NCBI GenBank assembly: GCA_002369235.1 | Contig: DFFF01000019.1 | Coordinates: 8,628 to 57,144, forward strand | Reading direction: 5' to 3' | DNA: 48,517 bases | From: Verrucomicrobia bacterium UBA3783 | GTDB lineage: Bacteria > Verrucomicrobiota > Kiritimatiellia > RFP12 > UBA1067 | Part shown: positions 43,779 through 48,517 of the stretch, in pieces | How the letters are laid out: each line of letters begins with the position of its first letter | How positions within the stretch are numbered: the stretch's first letter is position 1 | Program-made: the position numbers and the translations under genes | The notes under the pieces: model-generated | What the model was told of the DNA's origin: nothing | The model's database searches: none | The model's input: only the letters and a program-made list of their open reading frames with translations

Positions 43779-44375
43779 TCAAGCGAGGCGGAAACTCCTG
43801 CGGTGCTCTGGGCAAGGCCCGAGTTTCGCCAGCGCCTCGTAATGGGCTTTTGTGGGATAGCCTTTGTGCTTGGCGAAGCCATAGCCGGGGTATTCGCGCT
43901 CAAGCCTCAGACAGTCCAGATCCCGCGCAGTCTTGGCGAGAATCGATGCCGCCGCCACCAGCAGGCTTTTCGCATCGCCTTTCACGATGTTCTGCGATGG
44001 ATACGGAAGGCCTTTTACCGGCAGTCCGTCCACGAGCACAAACATCTCCCCAACCGCTTCCGCCGCCCGGCGCATCGCCAGATGCGTCGCGACCAGAATA
44101 TTGAGCTCGTCGATTTCTCGCGCCGACGCGAAAGCCACGGCCCACTTGCAACCTGCCGTCGACTTGATGATTTCCGCGAGGCGTTCGCGCTTTTTCCCGG
44201 CAAGCTTTTTGCTGTCGTTGATCTCGCGCCACTCGCCTTCGAGCAGTTTTTCCGCAAGTCCCAGCGGCACATGCACCGCCGCCGCGCAAACCGGCCCCGC
44301 GAGCGGACCGCGTCCGGCTTCATCCACTCCCATCACCGCTCCGCCGGCGGCGCGCTCGTATTCCAGATCCACCAT
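43779..44375 (-). CDS. rnhB: Ribonuclease HII
   Basis: Start MVDLEYE; GVDEAGRGPLAGPV, DSKKL, KGD, AASILAK, KGYPT, HRRSF. Confidence 0.96.
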   Translation of the reverse strand: MVDLEYERAAGGAVMGVDEAGRGPLAGPVCAAAVHVPLGLAEKLLEGEWREINDSKKLAGKKRERLAEIIKSTAGCKWAVAFASAREIDELNILVATHLAMRRAAEAVGEMFVLVDGLPVKGLPYPSQNIVKGDAKSLLVAAASILAKTARDLDCLRLEREYPGYGFAKHKGYPTKAHYEALAKLGPCPEHRRSFRLA

Positions 44376-44376
44376 C

Positions 44377-45108
44377 CTAGTCGCCCAAGACATAGCCGCG
44401 CTTGCGGACATTGCGGATTTTATCGCCCGACGCCCCGAGTTTGCGCTTCACCCTGCTCATTATCTGCACCATCGCGTGCGGATCGATCGCAAACCCTTCG
44501 CCGCGCAAAGCATCGATCAATCCATCGTATCTCACACACTTTCCCCTGTTCATGTCCAGAACCTGCAGCATGTCCGCCTCGCTCGCCGTGATCGCAATCT
44601 CTTCCCCTGCGCATCGCGCAACCAGATTGTGCACGTCAATCTCCATTTCACCGACCTTGAACGTCCGCTCCCCCCGTCCGCCATTCGCCAAACCAGAACC
44701 ACCAACCACCAGACCCTCAAGTTCCCTGACTCTCCTTATATGCCGGTCTATGAGCGACATGAAATACTCCATGCTCATGCGCGGCGTATCGATGTCGTCT
44801 TTGCGGACGAACTCCACCGCCCCCAGATCAAGCGCCAGAATCCTGTCGGCATCGTTTTCAAGGCACGAAAGAAACACGATTGGCGTCGCTTTGTCTTTTT
44901 CTCTGATCGCCTTGCACGCCTCGAAGCCGTCCATTACCGGCATCATCACATCCATGACCACAAGGTCAAACGGCGAAGCACCGAACGCCGCAACGCCATC
45001 GCGCCCGTTGTTCGCGGTCGCGACTTCGAATCCGCCCGCTTCGAGCCGCGCCTTGAGGCCGTTGCGGATCGCAAGTTCGTCTTCCACTATCAAAATCCTG
45101 CCGCGCAT
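44377..45108 (-). CDS. OmpR/PhoB-family response regulator
   Basis: ILIVEDE, MDVMMPVMDG receiver; winged-helix C-terminus IRNVRKRGY. Confidence 0.9.
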   Translation of the reverse strand: MRGRILIVEDELAIRNGLKARLEAGGFEVATANNGRDGVAAFGASPFDLVVMDVMMPVMDGFEACKAIREKDKATPIVFLSCLENDADRILALDLGAVEFVRKDDIDTPRMSMEYFMSLIDRHIRRVRELEGLVVGGSGLANGGRGERTFKVGEMEIDVHNLVARCAGEEIAITASEADMLQVLDMNRGKCVRYDGLIDALRGEGFAIDPHAMVQIMSRVKRKLGASGDKIRNVRKRGYVLGD

Positions 45109-45114
45109 CGTCCT

Positions 45115-45540
45115 TCAATCCTTCCACGGCGCCACATCGCCATCGCGCTTCCACAACACGAATTTGATATGCCGCACCGGTGCTTCACGCTCCCAAGCCC
45201 GTACATATCTCATCTCCACCGTCGCCGGACCCAAGAACCCGCGGTGCACACGGATCGACACCTCCGCCTTGCCGGGTGCGCCGCAAAGCGCCTCTTCGCC
45301 AGGCGCAGCCTCATAGGGAATATGCTTCACGAACACTTCCACGAGATTGCGGTCGTCGTCGCACGATGCCTCCCAGTGGTATCCCGTCGTCATGTTTTCG
45401 TCAAGCTCCACATAAAACCGGTCGCCGCTCTCCACCTCGATCACGCGATCCGCCACGGGCTCGCGGATCGTCATCCTGTCCATCCTGCATCCGCAAAGCG
45501 CAAGCGTCAGCGCTAGGATCGTCAAGCCCACCCTGTTCAT
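45115..45540 (-). CDS. Chagasin/I42-family cysteine protease inhibitor lipoprotein
   Basis: Start MNRVGLT; lipobox LCGC; ENMTTGYHW, CGAPG and YVRAWE match the three chagasin loops. Confidence 0.82.
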   Translation of the reverse strand: MNRVGLTILALTLALCGCRMDRMTIREPVADRVIEVESGDRFYVELDENMTTGYHWEASCDDDRNLVEVFVKHIPYEAAPGEEALCGAPGKAEVSIRVHRGFLGPATVEMRYVRAWEREAPVRHIKFVLWKRDGDVAPWKD

Positions 45541-46820
45541 GAAATCGCCGAAATTATTTCCGGCAAAAGCTGCTTCTTCCTCGAGAGTATCCCCGGCATG
45601 ACCAACGTCCCCCACTCCCCGCGCTTGTACGGCAATTCATGCCGCACCGCCTTGTCGCCGGAAAAGAACATCTCCGAGTATCCGCGCACCGGATCAGTTA
45701 CCATGAGCGCCATGAAATCGAGCTTCTCGGCCCCGACGATCTGGTCCACCGCCGCCTGCAACTCCTGTGCGTGCTTGTGCACGAACGACATGTGCGTCTC
45801 TTCGATCTGTGCGACTATGAACTCCTTGCCGCCCTCGTGATAACGCTTGGCGTCGCTCATGATCGCCGCCTCCACGCCCATGGTCTTGAGCGGCGAATCG
45901 ATCTCGGAAAGCTGCGCCCAGATATCCGCAGCGGATTCTCCCGCGAGCTTCTCCAGCCATGCGCACATCGTCTTGTCGGCCTCGGTGGTCGTCGGCGACT
46001 GGAACATCAATGTATCGGCGATAATCCCGCAAATGAGCACCCCGGCGATCCCCTTGGCCGGACGCTCCCCCGCCGCACGGTACATCCGCGCGACCAAGGT
46101 GCAGGTACTGCCCACCACATCCGCCGTGTAGCGGATCGGATCCTTCGTGGGCATAAACGCGATGCGATGGTGGTCGACAACCTCGACCACCGGTATTTCC
46201 TCCAGACCCGGGATTCCCTGATCGACTTCATTGTGATCAACGAGAATGATGCGCCGCGGCGGCTCTTCCGCAAACGCGCGCTTGAGCAGCGTGCCGCGCA
46301 GTTTGCCGTTTTTGTCCACTACGGGGAAGTGGTTGTGCGAATTTTTGAGGCACGCCTTCTTGATGTCGTGCACGCGATCGGTGTCGGTCAATATCTGGAC
46401 GCAACGGTGAAGGTTGGCGTCCTTCGTCTTTATCGACAGATCGCCGCGGGCGATAAAATAATCCAGCAGTTTCGCAGGCGAAAGCATTCCCAGAAACGTG
46501 CCGTCCGCCGCCTTCACCGGCAATGACGACTCGCCTGACTCCAAAAGCCGCTTCAGCGCATCCTCCAGTTTCATTTCGCCATCGATCATCGGCACCGATT
46601 CGTCCATTATGTGCTCGACGCGAAGATAGATGTCGCGCTTGGTGCGGATAGGCGGCAGATTGAAATGGTTGAATATCCACTTGGCCCGCGGAGTCAGGTT
46701 GCCGGCGCAAATGGGCTCTACATTTTCCATGCCCGTGCGCATGCGCAAATCCGCCAGCGCATAAGCACTCGTTATGGAGTCCGTATCCGGATTCCTATGC
46801 CCGCAAATATATATCTTCAT
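45537..46820 (-). CDS. ppaC: Mn-dependent (family II) inorganic pyrophosphatase with CBS insert
   Basis: GHRNPDTDS, CBS pair, LVDHNE, DHH, VGSTCT, SRKKQ. Confidence 0.93.
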   Translation of the reverse strand: MKIYICGHRNPDTDSITSAYALADLRMRTGMENVEPICAGNLTPRAKWIFNHFNLPPIRTKRDIYLRVEHIMDESVPMIDGEMKLEDALKRLLESGESSLPVKAADGTFLGMLSPAKLLDYFIARGDLSIKTKDANLHRCVQILTDTDRVHDIKKACLKNSHNHFPVVDKNGKLRGTLLKRAFAEEPPRRIILVDHNEVDQGIPGLEEIPVVEVVDHHRIAFMPTKDPIRYTADVVGSTCTLVARMYRAAGERPAKGIAGVLICGIIADTLMFQSPTTTEADKTMCAWLEKLAGESAADIWAQLSEIDSPLKTMGVEAAIMSDAKRYHEGGKEFIVAQIEETHMSFVHKHAQELQAAVDQIVGAEKLDFMALMVTDPVRGYSEMFFSGDKAVRHELPYKRGEWGTLVMPGILSRKKQLLPEIISAIS

Positions 46821-46828
46821 CTAGCGGT

Positions 46829-46857
46829 ATTATATCAAAAAACGGTGCGAAATGCAA
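46829..46857 (-). promoter_or_regulatory. Sigma70-type promoter of ppaC (predicts a leaderless mRNA)
   Basis: TTGCAT-17 nt-TATAAT with extended TG; only 8 nt to the ATG and no SD. Confidence 0.8.
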
Positions 46858-46862
46858 GCGCG

Positions 46863-48449
46863 TCACGGCTGCCGCTCGTCCCCTTTGCGCTTGCGGGCGT
46901 GAAAATAAAGCTTGCCGTTTTTGAGTATGCCGTCGATGCGTTCGGCATAGCGCGTCGCCGCCTTGCCTTTGTTGTTGCGCTTTTCCTGCTCGTATTCGCT
47001 GCGTTTGGCTTCGTAGTACCTGGCCTCCGCCTGCTCTTCCTGGCTTGCCAGACTGCGAAGCGTCTCCCAATTTCCATTGTCGTCGTCCAGCCGGATCGCG
47101 CGGCTGCGGTATATTGGACGATGTCCGGGTATCGTGAGATCGGAAGAATGATAACTGTGGTATCTCGTAGGCGGGCGTATGCGCGGCACATAGGTAATAC
47201 CGTCAATGCCGCGCTTGACATGCGATCCATTCCAGAACTTTACGGTGCGGTGAAACTTCTTGACCTTGAGAGCCGCGCCGTCTTCCGCTCTGGGCGGAAA
47301 ATCCTTCTCGACCGCACTGCGAATCGCCGCCGGTGATGTGGTATCGCCGAACTCCAGCGTTTCGCATATGATCTTGTTGTTCGGATTCCCGCTCGGATAG
47401 AATATCACATCGAACACCAGTTCGTCGTATACGGGCTTGATGCAATCCAAGACCGGATACAACCCGGCGAAGAACATCTCCGACGGGTCGACCGGCTTGA
47501 CCTTTTCGATCATTCCCCAACGCGGATTCGTGCGCCTCGCATGGTAATAAGCCATGCCTTCTTTCGCGACCATGTAGTCGAGTCCGTCGATTCTCGCGGC
47601 AAATTCGTCATAGTTGATTTCCGTCCTCTTGCCTCCATCTTCTATCTTGATCGCCTTTACCGCCTCGCCAGGCACATGCGTCACCCAGTAAAGCGGCGGG
47701 CGAGGATTCGTGTCGAGCGGCAAGAGATAGCAAAGTTCGCCTCCGGCTTCCGCCAGTTTGTTGGTCACATTCGCATTGAACATGTCAAAATCGTTTTCCC
47801 TAACCGCATAGAGGAAGGTGCGATACAGCGCCTTTGCCTGCTCCTTTTCCTTGCGCGCCGCCTCCTCCTCGGCGACCTTGCGCTCGCGCTCAAGACGCTT
47901 GCGCTCGTTTTCCGCCTCGCGCTCGGCCTTCTGGCGCTCGCGCTCCTTCCGCTCGCGCTCGATCCGCTCCGCCTCTTGCTTCGCTGCGGCGGCGCGCTCG
48001 GCCTCCGCGAGTTCGCGCCGATGGTCGAGATGCCTGTCTACCGCCTTGTACACAAACCACAGCGACGATAAAAGACCCAAAAGCACCGCCACATCGAATG
48101 CATTCTTGAGAAACTTGCGCATGAACATGCGATGCTTCATCTGCTCGTATGTCTTGACGCGGATTTCCGGATCGTAAAGCTTCTTCTCGGGAGCTGGAGG
48201 TTCCGGTTTGATTTTCAATGTCTTGCGCAGCTTAAGCTCGCTCTTCCTTGCAGGTTCGGAAGCGGCAGATCCGGCGGCATCATCAGATTCAGCAGCATCT
48301 TCAGCCTCGGCAGGTCTGGGTGCAGACTTCTTGCGCTTCATCGCCTTTACGACTTCAGCGCCGCAATTATGGCAGACTACCGCCTCGCCCTTTACGAGAG
48401 CATCCTCAAGCTCCACGCTCGCGCCGCAATTTCCGCACTGTGCAGTCAC
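46863..48449 (-). CDS. Hypothetical membrane protein (N-terminal zinc ribbon, one TM helix, coiled coil)
   Basis: CGNC..CHNC, hydrophobic VAVLLGLLSSLWFVY, E/R/K-rich coil. Start GTG 48449 after AAGGAG is preferred over TTG 48476. Confidence 0.75.
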   Translation of the reverse strand: MTAQCGNCGASVELEDALVKGEAVVCHNCGAEVVKAMKRKKSAPRPAEAEDAAESDDAAGSAASEPARKSELKLRKTLKIKPEPPAPEKKLYDPEIRVKTYEQMKHRMFMRKFLKNAFDVAVLLGLLSSLWFVYKAVDRHLDHRRELAEAERAAAAKQEAERIERERKERERQKAEREAENERKRLERERKVAEEEAARKEKEQAKALYRTFLYAVRENDFDMFNANVTNKLAEAGGELCYLLPLDTNPRPPLYWVTHVPGEAVKAIKIEDGGKRTEINYDEFAARIDGLDYMVAKEGMAYYHARRTNPRWGMIEKVKPVDPSEMFFAGLYPVLDCIKPVYDELVFDVIFYPSGNPNNKIICETLEFGDTTSPAAIRSAVEKDFPPRAEDGAALKVKKFHRTVKFWNGSHVKRGIDGITYVPRIRPPTRYHSYHSSDLTIPGHRPIYRSRAIRLDDDNGNWETLRSLASQEEQAEARYYEAKRSEYEQEKRNNKGKAATRYAERIDGILKNGKLYFHARKRKGDERQP

Positions 48450-48495
48450 CCTTGAAAATCTCCTTATCTCCTGCAATTTCGTACTTTTGCCGCAT

Positions 48496-48517
48496 ATTAT
48501 AGCTTTTTTTTTTTTTT
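48496..48517 (-). promoter_or_regulatory. -10 element preceded by a poly(A) tract (truncated by the window end)
   Basis: Minus strand reads A14-GC-TATAAT. Confidence 0.5.

Noticed and set aside
70-48502. Numerous long plus-strand ORFs (e.g. 7558-9645, 14563-16059, 35489-36910, 43933-45516)
   Set aside because: Antisense shadows of well-supported minus-strand genes in GC-rich DNA; Arg/Ser/Pro-rich with no recognisable motifs.

Overview
GC-rich bacterial chromosomal window in which every credible gene (about 45 CDS and 2 tRNAs) lies on the minus strand, mostly in tightly coupled runs with ATGA/TGATG overlaps. The organism is diderm (bamA, skp, lpxD). A PVC-superphylum, Kiritimatiellia-like origin is my inference from gene style, not something shown. 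Content is mostly housekeeping and envelope: plsX-rpmF-yceD, an LpoB/YcfL/COG3014/PEGA cluster, coaD-lpxD-skp-bamA, recN, tRNA-Gly(CCC) and tRNA-Ser(CGA), folK, mazG, PPi-PFK, ribH, ybeY, murA, TrkA, rfbD, a ferredoxin missed by the ORF track, DsbD-like, nth, proA, ugd, folP, rnhB and a CBS-PPase. Two regions stand out. (1) A 2470-aa secreted repeat protein with no autotransporter barrel, preceded by a 770-bp intergenic region holding a terminator-like palindrome, six 22-bp tandem repeats with palindromic cores, two hairpins, a consensus sigma70 promoter and a ~330-nt structured leader with a repeated ACCGCTA motif. (2) One ORF fusing a chromate-ion (CHR) transporter to a double DUF3857/transglutaminase-like protein. 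Its junction hides a TTGCAA-17-TATAAT promoter, an AGGAG RBS and a signal peptide, which suggests two products from one ORF. Several apparent pseudo-enzymes and a Cys-to-Asp MurA were also noted. No integrase, transposase, prophage or CRISPR was seen. All family calls come from motif recognition by eye; no searches were run.
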